Positions 39,346 to 52,615 of a stretch of 64,000 nt of DNA are shown here, in pieces. The stretch spans positions 67,644,001-67,708,000 of the forward strand of contig CM059432.1 of NCBI GenBank assembly GCA_030390025.1, written 5' to 3'. The stretch comes from Squalus acanthias (Eukaryota). How positions within the stretch are numbered: position 1 is the first letter of the stretch; every line of letters begins with the position of its first letter. The position numbers and the translations under genes were made by a program. The notes under the pieces were generated by a model. The model did not search any database, had not been told where the DNA came from, and worked only from the letters and a program-made list of their open reading frames with translations.

Positions 39346-39629
39346 TTTTTTTAAAGTACCGTGTCGTGCCAACGCGCATGATGCTGCGGCACGTAGCACC
39401 GCGATATTGGGCTGGAGCGCCCCAAGAGGGAGGGGGAGCACTTCCAGTAGCACCCCGCCTCCTGCTTGGGGCGCTACCATTGAATTTCGGGCGTGGGGGC
39501 GCTAACTTTTTCGGGGCGCGAAGTTAGCGCCCCAAAGAGAGTGCGACCCAATTTTTGCCCCCATGGGTTTGAGATTAACTATTTTTTCTTTACACCCACC
39601 CCCCAGAAATCAAGAAACAGCTGACTGCA

Positions 39630-40770
39630 AATGCTACAGACCCAACAGCATTCTGTCTGTAGTGCTGAAGACCTGTGCTCCAGAACTAGCCCTGCCTCTA
39701 GCCAAGCTGTTTGAGTACAGTTACAATATTGCCATCTATGCAACAATGTAGTAAATTGTTCATGAATGGTAACATAAAGCTAACCTCACCAATTTCCACT
39801 CTATCAGCCTACTCCCAGCCATCAGCAATGTGATGGAAGGAATCATCAGCTGTGCGATCAGGTTGTACTCACTCATCAATAACCTGCTCATTGATTTTCA
39901 ATTCCACCTTAACCACTCGGCTCCAAACCTCATTAAAAACTTGGATCAAACATGAACACAAGAGCTAAATTCCAGAGGTGAGGTGAGGTGTGAGTGACTG
40001 CTCTTGACATCAAGGCAGCATTCAACCTAGTGTGGCACCAAGGCATCCTAGTAAAACTGAAGTCAATGGGGCTCAGGGGGAAAGCTTTCCAGTTGCTGGA
40101 GTCATACCAGGCACAAAGAAAGATGCTTGTGATTGTTGGAGTCCAATCATCTCAGCCCCAGCACATCACTGCAGGAGTTCCTCAGAGCAGTGTCCTCGGC
40201 CCAACTATCTTCAGCTGCTTCATCAATGACTTTCCCTCCAATATAAGGTCAGAAGTGGGAACGTTCGCTGATGATTGCACAGTGTTCAGTTCCCTTCGCA
40301 ACTCCTCAGATAATGAAGCTGTCCACGCCTGCATGCAGCAAGACCTGGACAACTTCCAGGCTTGGGCTGATAAGTGGCAAGTAAAATTTGTGTCACCCAG
40401 TGCCAGGCAATGACCATCTCCAAAGAAAGAGAGCCTAACCACCTTCTCTTGACATTTAGTGGTATTACCATAGCCAAATGCCCCACCACCAACATCCTAG
40501 GGGTCACCATTCACCAACAACTCAACTTGATGAGCCACATAAATGCCGTGGCTAGTAGATCAGATCAAAGATTGGGTATTTTGTGGTGAGCGGCTCACCT
40601 CCTGACTCCCTGAAGTTTCTCTACCACCTACAAAGCACAAGTCAGGATTGTGATGGAATATACTCCACTTGCCTGAATGGATGCAGCCTCAAGAAGCTCA
40701 ACAACATTGAAAACAAATTAGTCATCTTGATTGGAAATTCATCCACTAGCCTCAATATCCACACCCTGCA
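39630..40770 (+). mobile_element. Older RT fragment of the same LINE family
   Basis: TALDIKAAF...GVPQSSVLGP...FADD. Confidence 0.8.
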
Positions 40771-41029
40771 AAGGCCTGCGAAACCCGACCAGCTAAAGAT
40801 AAATTCAAAATGGAGGTTAAATCAGAGGCTTCCAGCCTCATTATATTTAAATGGCCGACCCGCCTCCTGGGAGTGGGTTGGCTGCCCGCCCCCCCCTCCC
40901 GCCTCCATTAAAACAAGAAGTGGGCAGGTTGGAGGCGGGTTCTGGTCACGGTTCATACTTTTAACACTTTAACTTCCTACACAATCCCAACCCACCTATC
41001 TTTTTAGGTTAAAATTCCTCCCATTGCCT

Positions 41030-41840
41030 TCGGTCTCCGCCAATAATTCCGTTCCCTAGCCACCGACTCCATTCCTCTCCCAGGCAACTATCTGAGGCTC
41101 AACAAGACTGTTCGCAACCCTGGTGTCATATTTGGCCCCAAGATGAGCTTCCGACCACATATCCACAACATCACTAAGACCGCCTACTTCCGCCTCCATA
41201 ACATCGCCCATCCCCGCCCCGCCTCCTGCTGAAACCCTCACCATGCCTTTGTTACCTCGAGACTGGACTATTCCAATGCACTCCTGGCCTTCCACCCTCC
41301 ATAAACTTAAGCTCATTCAAAACTCTGCTGCCCATATCCTAACTCGCACTAAGTCCCGTTCACCCATCACCAATCTTCCATCTAATTTATTTTTTGGGTG
41401 TGGTCTCTTTAAATTCGCTGCGTGGCCATGCATGCGCGGTATCTCTTCCAGCTTGTGAGCTGGTGAGCGGCCTGTGCTGGACCTCCCAATTGCTGCCCGC
41501 CCGCACAGCTTAGGAGGAACATTGTCCATCACCCCTGAGCACGCTGACCGAATGTGGCTCCCCACCGAGCAACGCCTCGATTTTAAAATTCTCATCCTTG
41601 CTTTCAAATCCCTCCACGGCCTCATCCCTCCCTATCTCTGTAACCTTCTCCAGCCCCACAACCCTCTATGATACCTGCATTCTCCAATTCTGGCCTCTTG
41701 TGCATCCCCGATTTTAATCTCACCACCATCGGTGGCCATGCCTTCAGGTGCCAAGGGCCTAATCTCTCGAATTCCCTCCCTAAACCTCTTTCCTCCATTA
41801 AGACACGCCTTAAAACCTACCTCTTTGCCCAAGCTTTTGG
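41030..41840 (+). mobile_element. L2 LINE 3' fragment
   Basis: QNSAAHILT...FKILILAFKSLHG...GGHAFRCQGP...KTYLF. Confidence 0.8.
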
Positions 41841-41849
41841 CTATCAAAG

Positions 41850-42835
41850 GCGTTTGATAAAATGCCTCATAATAGGCTTGCCAGCAAAGTTGAAGCTCAT
41901 AGAATAAAAGGGACAGTGGCAGCATGGATACGAAATTGGTTAAGTGACAGGTAGTGGTGAACAGTTGTTTATCGGACTGGAGGAAGGTACACAGTGGCGT
42001 TCCCCAGGGGTCGGTACTAGGACCACTGCTTTTCTTGATATATATTAATGACACTGGGTGTAGAGGGCACAATTTAAAAATCTGCAAATGACACAAAATT
42101 TGGAAGAATAGTGAACAGTGAGGAGGATACTGATAGACTTCAAGAGGACATAGACAGGCTGGTGGAATGGGCAGATGAAACTTGATGCAGAAAAGTGCAA
42201 AGTGATACATTTTGGTGGGAAGAACGAGGAGAGGCAATATAAATTAAAGGGTACAATTCTAAAGGGGGTGCATAAACAGAGAGACCAGGGGGTATATTTA
42301 CACAAATCGTTGAAGGTGGCAGGGCAGGTTGAGAAAGCGGTTAAAAAAGCATACGGATACTGGGCTTCATAAATAGAGGCTCTGGGCTGGATTTTGAATG
42401 ACCCGTGGAGTCGGGTTTGGAGGCGTGTGGGGGGTTAAAGTTGCGGGGTCGGGGGTCCCGACCCCATCCCGACTCCATCCCGCCTCCACACAATTTTGAC
42501 AAAATCAGTCGCGGGATTCCCGACTCCGTCCCGCCTCCAAGAGGTGGGAGAGGCCATTAAAGCCCTTAACAAGCCCTAAATTGGCTCTGTAATGCCATTT
42601 TGAAACGTTTTAGCTAGTTTAACCCTTTTCCCACGTGAAGCACGCCTGATGTGAAACACGCCAGTGAAACCTGGCGGGAGCACAAGTGGATAGCTGACTA
42701 TCAGCTGCAGGTCCACTATTACAACGGAGATGTGATAAAGATAGTATTAGGTATGAAAGTCGCCTCTGATGCTGCTGCATTGAATGTCTTCAGAGACTGT
42801 ATGGACTTTGATGTGAGAGGACTTGGATGCAAAAA

Positions 42836-42884
<49 letters not shown>

Positions 42885-43432
42885 TCTCTCTCTATTTTGC
42901 ATCCTGGTCCCACAGCAAAAGCCAGGCAGGTCCTCTCTCACCAGCATCCAGTCAGTCTCTGAGACCAGGCAGCAGCAATGATGACATCATCAGAGGCGAC
43001 TTTCAGACTGAAACCACTAATTAGTTCATGGGTTCCCACATGCTAGAACTCAATTGCCCAATTAAGTTAAAATTGCATCATTCATCCACATTAATCTGGA
43101 GTCGGGGGGAACACGAAATGCGGATGACACGACCCCAACCCGACCCCAAGATAAAATCCAGCCCTCAGAGTACAAAAGCAAGGAAGTTATGATGAACCTT
43201 TATAAAACACTAGTTCGGCCTCAACTGGAATATTGTGTCCAATTCTGGGCACCGCACTTTAGGAAGGATGTAAAGGTCTTAGAGAGGGTGCAGAAAAGAT
43301 TTACAAAAATGGTTTCAGGGATGAGGAACTTCAGTTATGTAGATAGACTGGAGAAGCTGGGGTTGTTCACATTAGAGCAGAGAAGGTTGAGAGGAGATTT
43401 GATCGAGGTGTTCAAAATCATGAGGGGTCTAG
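41850..43432 (+). mobile_element. CR1 RT fragment interrupted by a MITE; probable tail at about 46790-46860
   Basis: [29 protein letters not shown]; continuous across 42384-43164. Confidence 0.85.
42384..43164. mobile_element. Harbinger-type MITE containing a (TC)n microsatellite
   Basis: TIRs GGGCTGGATTTT / AAAATCCAGCCC; flanks TCT/TCA; (TC)n at about 42839-42893. Confidence 0.85.
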
Positions 43433-46400
43433 ACATAAGAACATAAGAAATAGGAGCAGGAGTAGACCAATCGGCCCCTCGAGCCTGCTCCGCCATTCAA
43501 TGAGATCATGGCTGATCTGATCCAACCTCAACTCTAAAGAACACAAGAAGTAGGAGCAGGACCAGGCCACTCGGCCCCTGGGCCCGCTCCGCCACCCACA
43601 AGGCCTTGACCGATCCGAACTCAAACTCATGTCCAATTTCCAGCCCGCTCCCCGTAACCCCTGATTCCCTTTACTTCTAGGAAATGGTCTATTTCTGTTT
43701 TAAATTTATTTGATGAAGTAGCTTCCACAGCTTCCTGGGGTAGCAAATTCCACAGACCCACTACCCTCTGAGTGAAAAAGTTTCTCCTCATCTCAGTTTT
43801 GAAAGAGGAGCCCCTTATTCTAAGATTATGTCCCTTAGTTCTAGTTTCACCCATCATTGGGAACATCCTCACCACGTCCACCCGATCAAGCCCCTTCACA
43901 ATCTTGTATGTTTCAATAAGATCGCCTCTCATTCTTCTGAACTCCAATGAGTAGAGTCCCAATCTACTCAACCTCTCCTCGTATGTCCACCCCCTCATCC
44001 CCGGAATTAACCGAGTGAACCTTCTTTGTACTGCCTCGAGAGCAAGTATGTCTTTTCTGAAGTATGGACACCAAAACTGTATGCAGTACTCCAGGTGCGG
44101 TCTCACCAATACCCTATACAACTGCAGCAATACCTCCCTGTTTTTATATTCTATCCCCCTAGTAATAAAAGCCAACATTCCATTGGCTTTCTTGATCACC
44201 TGCTGCACCTGCATACTAACTGTTTGATTTTCTTGCACCAAGACCCCCAGATCCCTTTGTACTGCAGTACTTTCCAGTTTCTCGCCATTAAGATAATAAC
44301 CTGCTCTCTGATTTTTCCTGCCAAAGTGCATAACCTCACATTTTCCAATATTGTATTGCATCTGCCAAATCTCTGCCCACTCACCCAGCCTGTCTATATC
44401 CCCTTGTAGGTTTTTTATGTCCTCCTCACTCTCTACTTTCCCTCCCATCTTTGTATCATCTGCAAACTTTGATATGTTACACTCGGTCCCCTCCTCCAAA
44501 TCGTTAATATAGATTGTAAAGAGTTGGGGACCCAGCACCGACCCCTGCGGAACACCACTGGCTACTGGTTGCCAGTCCAAGAATGAACCATTTATCCCAA
44601 CTCTCTGCTTCCTGTTAGATAACCAATCCTCCACCCATGCCAGAATATTACCCCCAATCCAGTGATTTTTTATCTTGAGTAATAATCTGTTATGTGGCAC
44701 CTTGTCGAATGCCTTCTGGAAGTCTAAATACACTACATCCACTGGTTCCCCTTTATCCACCCTGTACGTTATGTCCTCAAAGAACTCGAGCAAATTTGTC
44801 AGACATGACTTCCCCTTCATAAAGCCATGCTGACTTTGTCCTATTAAATTATGTTTATCTAAATGTTCCGTTACTGTCTCCTTAATAATAGACTCCAAAA
44901 TTTTACCCACCACAGATGTTAGGCTAACTGGTCTATAATTTCCAGCCTTCTGCCTACAACCCTTTTTAAATAAGGGTGTTACATTAGCAGTTTTCCAATC
45001 TGCCGGGACCTTTGCTGAGTTCAGGGAGTTTTGGAAAATTATTACCAAAGCATCCACAATTCCTACTGCCACTTCCCTCAAGACCCTAGGATGTAAGCCA
45101 TCAGGTCCAGGGGATTTATCCGCCTTGAGTCCCATTATTTTACTGAGTACCAATTCCTTAGTGATTTTAATCGTATTTAGCTCCTCCCCCACTAGAGCCC
45201 CCTGTTTGTCCAGTGTTGGGATATTCTTAGTGTCCTCTACCGTAAAGACTGAAACAAAATATTTGTTCAGCATTTTTGCCATCTCCATGTTTCCCACCAT
45301 TAATTTCCCGGTCTCATCCTTTAAGGGACCTACGTTTGCCTTAACCACCCTTTTTCTTTTTATATAACTATAGAAACTCTTGCTATCTGTTTTTATATTT
45401 TTTGCTAATTTATTTTCATAGTCTATTTTCCCTTTCTTAATCAATCCTTTAGTTACTTTTTGTTGTCTTTTGAAGATTTCCCAATCTTCTATCCTCCCAC
45501 TAACTTTGGCTACCTTATATGTCCGTGTTTTTAGTTGGATACTTTCTTTAATTTCTTTACTTAGCCATGGATGGCTGTCATTTCTTTTACACCCTTTTTT
45601 CCTCAGTGGAATATATTTATTTTGAAAGTTGTAAAATAACTCCTTGAATGAACACCACTGCTCATATACCGTCTTACCCTTTAATCTATTTTCCCAGTCC
45701 ACTTTAATCAATTCTGCTCTCATGCCATCATAGTCTCCTTTATTCAAGCTCAGTATGCTTGTTTGAGAACCAACCTTCTCACCCTCTAATTGGATATGGA
45801 ATTCAACCATGTTATGGTCACTCATTCCAAGGGGATCCTTAACTAGGACATTATTAATTAATCCAGACTCATTACACAGTACCAGGTCCAAGGTTGCTTG
45901 CCCCCTTGTAGGATCAGTTACATACTGTTCAAGAAATCCATCCCTAAGACACTCAATAAACTCTTCCTCAAGGCTGCCCTGCCCAATTTGATTTGTCCAG
46001 TTAATATGATAGTTAAAATCCCCCATAATTATAGCTGTTCCCTTATTACATGCCCCAACTATTTCCTGATTAATACTTCTTCCAACAGAGTTGCAACTAT
46101 TAGGAGGCCTATATACTACGCCCACCAGTGTTTTTTCCCCTTATTATTCCTTATCTCTACCCAAACTGTTTCATTATCCTGATCTTTTGACCCAATATCA
46201 TTTCTCTGTATTACAGTGATTCCTTCCTTTATTAACATAGCCACCCCCCCCCCCTCTCCCCTTCCTTCCTGCCTGTCCTTCCTGATTGTTAAATACCCTG
46301 GCATATTTAATTCCCAGACGTTGTCACCCTGCAGCCATGTTTCTGTAATGGCCACAAGATCATACCATACATAGTTATTTGTGCTGTTAACTCGTCAATT

Positions 46401-46790
46401 TTGTTACGAATGCTACGTGCATTCAGATAAAGAACTTACAAATGTGTTTTGCGACACTTACTTCCTGCTTTTTCCTTATTTAACACTTTACCTTTTACTC
46501 CATATCTTCTGTCCCTTCCTGACATGCTTTCCTCTGTCTCCCTGCTCAGGTTCCCAACCCCCTGCCACATTAGTTTAAATCCTCCCCAACAGCACTAGCA
46601 AACACTCCCCCTAGGACAGCGGTCCCGGCCCTGCCCAGGTGCAGACCATCCGGTTTGTACTGGTCCCACCTCCCCCAGAACCGGTTCCAATGTCCCAGGA
46701 ATTTGAATCCCTCCCCCTTGCACCATTCCTCTAGCCACGTATTCATTTGAAATATCCTCCTATTTCTACTCTGACTAGCACGTGGCACTA
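43433..46790 (-). mobile_element. Young CR1 LINE (ORF1 3' part, near-intact ORF2, duplicated tail)
   Basis: ORF1 esterase end at 46570-46821; ORF2 start at 46116-46355 frameshifted into an 832-aa ORF. Confidence 0.95.
43627..46125 (-). CDS. CR1 ORF2 endonuclease-reverse transcriptase (832-aa open segment)
   Basis: [35 protein letters not shown] and C-terminal FFTQRVVGLWN. Confidence 0.95.
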   Translation of the reverse strand: MGVVYRPPNSCNSVGRSINQEIVGACNKGTAIIMGDFNYHINWTNQIGQGSLEEEFIECLRDGFLEQYVTDPTRGQATLDLVLCNESGLINNVLVKDPLGMSDHNMVEFHIQLEGEKVGSQTSILSLNKGDYDGMRAELIKVDWENRLKGKTVYEQWCSFKELFYNFQNKYIPLRKKGCKRNDSHPWLSKEIKESIQLKTRTYKVAKVSGRIEDWEIFKRQQKVTKGLIKKGKIDYENKLAKNIKTDSKSFYSYIKRKRVVKANVGPLKDETGKLMVGNMEMAKMLNKYFVSVFTVEDTKNIPTLDKQGALVGEELNTIKITKELVLSKIMGLKADKSPGPDGLHPRVLREVAVGIVDALVIIFQNSLNSAKVPADWKTANVTPLFKKGCRQKAGNYRPVSLTSVVGKILESIIKETVTEHLDKHNLIGQSQHGFMKGKSCLTNLLEFFEDITYRVDKGEPVDVVYLDFQKAFDKVPHNRLLLKIKNHWIGGNILAWVEDWLSNRKQRVGINGSFLDWQPVASGVPQGSVLGPQLFTIYINDLEEGTECNISKFADDTKMGGKVESEEDIKNLQGDIDRLGEWAEIWQMQYNIGKCEVMHFGRKNQRAGYYLNGEKLESTAVQRDLGVLVQENQTVSMQVQQVIKKANGMLAFITRGIEYKNREVLLQLYRVLVRPHLEYCIQFWCPYFRKDILALEAVQRRFTRLIPGMRGWTYEERLSRLGLYSLEFRRMRGDLIETYKIVKGLDRVDVVRMFPMMGETRTKGHNLRIRGSSFKTEMRRNFFTQRVVGLWNLLPQEAVEATSSNKFKTEIDHFLEVKGIRGYGERAGNWT

Positions 46791-46872
46791 GCAGAGAGCC
46801 ATCATGGGCTCGACAGGCCAAATGGCCCCCTTCTGTGCTGTAACCATTCTATGATTCTATGGGCTAGAAATT

Positions 46873-49800
46873 CATAGAGTCATTACGGCACAGAAGGAGG
46901 CCATTTGGCCCATTGAGTCCGTGCTGGCTCTCTGTAGAGCAATCCAGTCAGTCCCATTCCCTCGTTCTATCCCCGTAACCCTGCAAGTTTATTTCCCTCA
47001 AATGCCGATCCAATTTCCTTTTGAAATCATTGATCGTCTCCGCTTCCACCACCCTCGTTGGCAGCGAGTTCCAGGTCATTACAACTCGCTGCATAAAAAA
47101 GTTCTTCCTCACATCTCCCCTGTATCTCTTGCCCAAAACCTTAAATCTGTGTCCCCTAGTCCTTGTACTCATCAACTAATCGGAACAGCCTTTCTCTGTC
47201 TACCTTATCCAAACCCGTCATAGTCTTGTACACCTCTATCAAATCTCCCCTCAACCTCCTTTGCTCCAAGGAGAACAACCCCAGCTTCTCCAACCTCACC
47301 TTGTAGCTAAAATCCCTCATCCTTGGAACCATTCTGGTAAATCTCCTCTGCACCCACTCAAGGACCTTCACATCCTTCCTAAAGTTTGGCGACCAGAACT
47401 GGATGCAATTCTCTAGTTGTGGTCTCACCAGAGCTTTATAAAGGTTCAGCATAACTTCCCTGCTTTTGTACTCAATACCTCTATTTATGAAGCCCAAGAT
47501 CCCATATGCTTTGCTAACTACTCTCTCAATATGTTCTGCCACCTTCAAAGATCTAAGCACATGAACCTCCAGGTCCCTCTGTCCCTGCACACTCTTTAGA
47601 ACTATACCATTAAGTCTATATTGCCTCTCCCTATCCCTTCTGCCAAAATGCCTCACCTCACACTTCCCTGTATTAAATTCCATCTGCCACTTGTCTGCTC
47701 ATTCTGCTAGCCTATCTATGTCCTGTTGCAGTCGATTGGTATCCTCCTCACTGTTGGCCACACCTCCAAGTTTGAAATTTTACTCTGTATTCCAATATCC
47801 AGGTCATTTTTATATATATATATATATAAAGCAGTGGTCATTACATAGGATTACATTACATAGGATATAGGGCACAGAAACAGGCCATTCGGCCCAACCA
47901 GTTCATGCCGGCGTTTATGCTCCACTCGAGCCTCCTCCCGTCTTTCCTCATCTAAATCTATCAGCGTAACCCTCTATTCCCTTCTCCCTCATATGTTTGT
48001 CCAGCCTCCCCTTAAATGCATCTATATTATTCGCTTCAACCACTCCCTGTGGTAGCGAGTTCCACATTCTCACCAATCTTTGGGTAAAGAAGTTTCTTCT
48101 GAATTCCCGATTGGATTTCTTGGTGACTATCTTATACTGATGGCCTCTAGTTATGCTCTTCCCCACAAGTGGAAACATTCTCTCTGTATCCACTCTATCA
48201 AAACATTTCATAATTTTATAGATCTCTATTAGGTCACCCCTCAGCCTTCTTTTTTCAAGAGAAAAGAGACCCAGCCTGTTCATCCTTTCCTGATCTGTAT
48301 ACCCTCGCATTTCTGGTATCATCCATGCAAATCTTCTCTGCACCCTCTCCAGTGCCTCTATATCCTTTTTATAATATGGCGACCAGAACTGCATGCAGTA
48401 TTCTAAGAGTGGTCTAACCAAGGTTCAATACATGTTTAGCATAACTTCCCTACTTTTCAATTCTATCCTTCTAGAAATAAACCCTAGTGCTTGGTTTGCA
48501 TTTTTAAAGGCCTTGCTAACCTGTGTCGCAACTTTTAGTGATTTGTGTATTTGTACAACGAGATCCCTTTGTTCCTCTACCCCACCTAGATTCCCACCCT
48601 CCAAGTGATAAGTAACCTCCCTATTCTTCCTACCAAAATGTAATACCTCACATTTGTCTGTGTTGAACTTCATTTGCCAATTATATGCCCATTCTGCAAG
48701 TTTATTAATGTCCTCCTGTCATTTGTTGCAGACCTCCTCAGTATTGACTATCCCCCCAATTTGGTATCATCCGCAAATTTAGAAATTGTGTTTTTGATTC
48801 CTAAGTCTAAATCGTTAATGTAAATTGTGAACAGCAGTGGTCCCAGCACTGATCCTTGTGGAACACCACTACCCACCTTCTGCCACTGTGATTAACAACC
48901 CTTTACTCCCACTCTCTGCTTTCTGTCTTGAAGCCAGCTAGCAATCCATTCTCCTACTTGTCCCCTGACTCCGCATTCTCTGACCTTATTCATTAGTCTA
49001 TTATGGGGTACCTTATTGAAGGCTTTTTGAAAATCTAGATAAATTACATCTACCGCATTACCATTCTCTACTCTCTCTGTTACCTCTTCACAAAATTTAA
49101 CAAGGTTGGTCAAGCAAGATTTTCCCTTTTGAAATCCATGCTGACTATTCTTTGTTATACTTTTCGTTTCTAGATGGTCTTCTATTCTCTCCTTTAGTAG
49201 GGATTCCATTATTTTTCCTAACACCGATGTTAAGCTGACTGGTCTATAATTCCCTGGGCATGTTCTATCCCCCTTCTTAAATATAGGTATTACGTTAGCT
49301 ATCCACCTGTCCTCTGGCACTACACCTTTTTCTAACGAATTATTAAATATGCGTAGTAATGCCTCTGCTATCTCTTCCCTAGACTCTTTTAAAATGCATG
49401 GATGCAATCCATCCAGACCAAGGGTTTTATCCTCTTTGAATTTGATTAGTTTATTTAATAAATCCCCTTTATTTTATTTTAAATGTGCTTATCTCATTAC
49501 TAATCTCAGCATCCAATGTCATGTCCATCTGTTCTATTTCCCTGGTAAATACCGAAGCAAAATAATGATTTAATATTTCTGCCATTTCTCTATCGTTACC
49601 TGTGGTATTGTCCTAACCATCCCTTAATGGCCCTATTCCCATCCCAACCTTCCTTTTTTTATTGATGTGTCTGTAAAATATTTTACTATTTTGTTTTATG
49701 TTCCTTGATAATTTAATTTCATAGTTCCTCCTTGCCTTCCTTTTTTTTTTTGACTTCTCTCCTAATCCCTTCATATTCTCTCTTATCATGCACTCTTCTG

Positions 49801-52005
49801 CTGGCTATGTATTTAATGTATGCCTCTTTCCTTACCCTCAATTGTTTCCTTATGTTTTTATTCATCCATGGAGTCTCATTAGTGTTTAGTTTGTTCTTTC
49901 CTTTTAGAAGAATATATTTTTCCTGCATTCTGTTGAACACCGTTTTAAATGTTTCCCGTTGTCATTCTACATCTTCGTTTGCCAATTTTGTTGCCCATTT
50001 TATCTTCCAAAGTTCTATTCTCAGCCCCTCAAAATCAGCTTTTCTCCAATCTATTAACTTGTTTTTTGTCATTCTTATGTCCTTCTCTATTGTCATCTTA
50101 AAGTGTACTTTATTAAGGTCACTATTGCCCATATGTTCCCCTAAATTTACTTATCTTATCTGCTCTGGCTCATTCCCCATAACTAGATCCAATAATGAAT
50201 CCTCCCTTGTTGGGCTTTTTACAAATTGAGTTAGAAAGGAGTCCTGTACACATTGTAGGAACTCCATTCCCTTATCCCCTTTACCTACCTCTTCTGTCCA
50301 ATTAATATCGGGGTAGTTGAAATCCACCATGATTATTCTAAGTTTTTTACTCATTTCTCTAATTTGTCTGTATAGGTCTTCCTCCACCTCCCTTCCACTA
50401 TTAGGTGGTCTGTAGACTACGCCTATTAGTGTGATTGATCCTTTATTATCTTTTATCTCTATCCATATGGATTCTATTTTTGTCTTGCTGATATCTACAT
50501 CCCTTTTTTCTACTGCCATTATGTTATCCCGAATAAGTACAGCTACTCCAACCCCCCTTTTCCCTCTCTATCTTTTCTAAATATGTTATACCCTGCAATG
50601 TTTAACTCCCAATCCTGATGTTTCTGTAGCCATGTCTCCTGATCTCTGCTTCTATGCCAATTTGCACATGGCTCAGGCAATAACCCAGAGATTATTATTT
50701 CCGCGCTCCTGCTTTTTAATTTAGAGCCTATCTCTCGAAACTCTTTCAGCATGACCTCCTCCCTGTTCCTACCTATGTCGTTTGTTCCAATATGGACCAC
50801 GACAACTGGATTTACCCCCTCCCTTTCCAAGTTCCTCTCCAGCTGCCGTGAGATATCCCTTACCCTGGCACTTGGTAGGCAACACACCCTTCGGGATTCT
50901 CGTTCATGGCTGCAGAGGATGCTATCTATCCCCCTAATTATAGAGTCCCCTATCACTACCACATTTCTAATCTGCTCCTCCCCCCCCCTTGGACAGCCTT
51001 CTGAGCCATGGTGCTTTGGTCTGCATTGTGGCTATCCTCCCTGCAGTCTTTCTCCTTTTCCTCACAGGTAGCAAGTACATCGTACCTGTTGGGCAGGACC
51101 AGTGTCTGCGGAACCTCCTTCTCAACCTCTTGTAAATCCCCACTACCCGGCTCCCTAACAGTCACACCCTCCCCTTTCTGAACCTGTGCTTTCCTCTGGG
51201 GTGTGACTGTATTCTGGATAAAACTGTCCAGAAATTCCTCCCCCTCCCTTATGTGTCGGAGTGTCTCCAACTCACACTCCAGCTCAATGACTCTGAGCCG
51301 GAGAGATTCGAGATGCAGACATCTCCTGCAGACGTGTTTGCATGGGACAGTCACACCACCCACCCACAGACTCCCACATACTGCAGTCCAGACGCACAAC
51401 CTGCCCTGCCATATCTTAGCCTTATTTTATTCATTTAATTAGTTAAAGTCTTTATTCAACAAATATTTATAGTTATATTAAATAGTTTATCTAGCTAAGC
51501 TATAAATTTAGTACAGTTATAGTTTCCCGTACCTAGTTTAAACCACTATCCTAGGTTTAAAGCAGTGGCCCCAGCACTGACCCTTGGGGAACACCACTGT
51601 CTACCATCCTCCAGTTGGACTCGCTGTTTCCTGTCCTTAAAAAAAATTCTTATCCAAGCTGACACTGACCCACCTATTCCATGAGCCTCAATTTTGTTAA
51701 CCAGCTTTTTAGGTGGTACTTTGTCAAACACTTTTTTAAAATCCATATCGACAACATCCTCTGCATTCCCTTCATCAACCTTCTCTGTTACTTCATCAAA
51801 AAATTCAATTAGATTAGTCAAACACGATCTGCCTTTTATAAATCCGTGCTGGCTCTCCTTAATTAACTTAAACCTCTCCAAGTGCCTGTTAAATTTTTCC
51901 CTGATTATTGTTTCTAAAACCTTACCCACCACTGATGTTAAACTGACCAGCCTATAGTTACTAGGATTGTCCTTACACCCTTTCTTGAACAAGGGTGTCA
52001 TTTTT
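46873..52005 (-). mobile_element. CR1 fragment split by nested CR1 (parts 46873-47837 and 51558-52005)
   Basis: RT ORFs 46948-47683 and 51546-52031 resume across the insertion. Confidence 0.85.
47838..51557 (-). mobile_element. Near full-length CR1 (ORF1 zinc finger/coiled coil + SGNH esterase; ORF2 frameshifted)
   Basis: TSD TAAAGCAGTGG (47827-47837, 51558-51568); ORF1 VIGDSIIRG...VVHIGTND; ORF2 pieces. Confidence 0.92.
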
Positions 52006-52167
52006 GCTGCAAGTGTGCCTCTCATTAGCACCCCCGGGGGGTGTTAACGGGGCGCAAACGACTTTTTGCCCAGGCGCAGCGCTGCTAACGACTCCCGTTA
52101 AATTCAGCGGGAGTTAAGCGGCAGCGGTAACCATAGCATCCCGCTCTGCTGCGCAGAAGATGACAAC

Positions 52168-52615
52168 GTCATAGAATGGTTACAGCATGGAAGAAGGCCA
52201 TTCGGCCCATCGAGCCCGTACCGACTCTCAGCTAGTCCCACTCCCCCGCCCTTTCCCCATAGCCCTGCAATTTTTTTTCTTCAGATACTTATCCAACTCC
52301 CTTTTGAAAGCCACAATTGAGTCTGCCTCCGCCACCCTTTCAGGCAGTGCATTCCAGATCTTAACCACTCGCTGCGTAAATTTTTTTTTTCTTATGTCGC
52401 CTTTGGTTCTTTTGCCAATCACCTTAAATCTGTGTCCTCTGGTTCTCGACCCTTCTGCCAATGGGAACAGTTTCTCTCTATCTACCCTGTCCAGACCCCT
52501 CATGGTTTTGAACACCTCTATGAAATCTCCTCTCAATCTTCTCTGCTCCAAGGAGAACAACCCCGGCTTCTCCAGTCTATCAACGTAGCTGAAGTCCCTC
52601 ATTCTTGGAATCATT
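52168..52615 (-). mobile_element. 5'-truncated CR1
   Basis: ORF 52228-52614 (RT C-terminus) followed by tail. Confidence 0.9.

Noticed and set aside
42651..43024. ORFs with SLSLSL/ERERER runs
   Set aside because: Translations of a (TC)n microsatellite.
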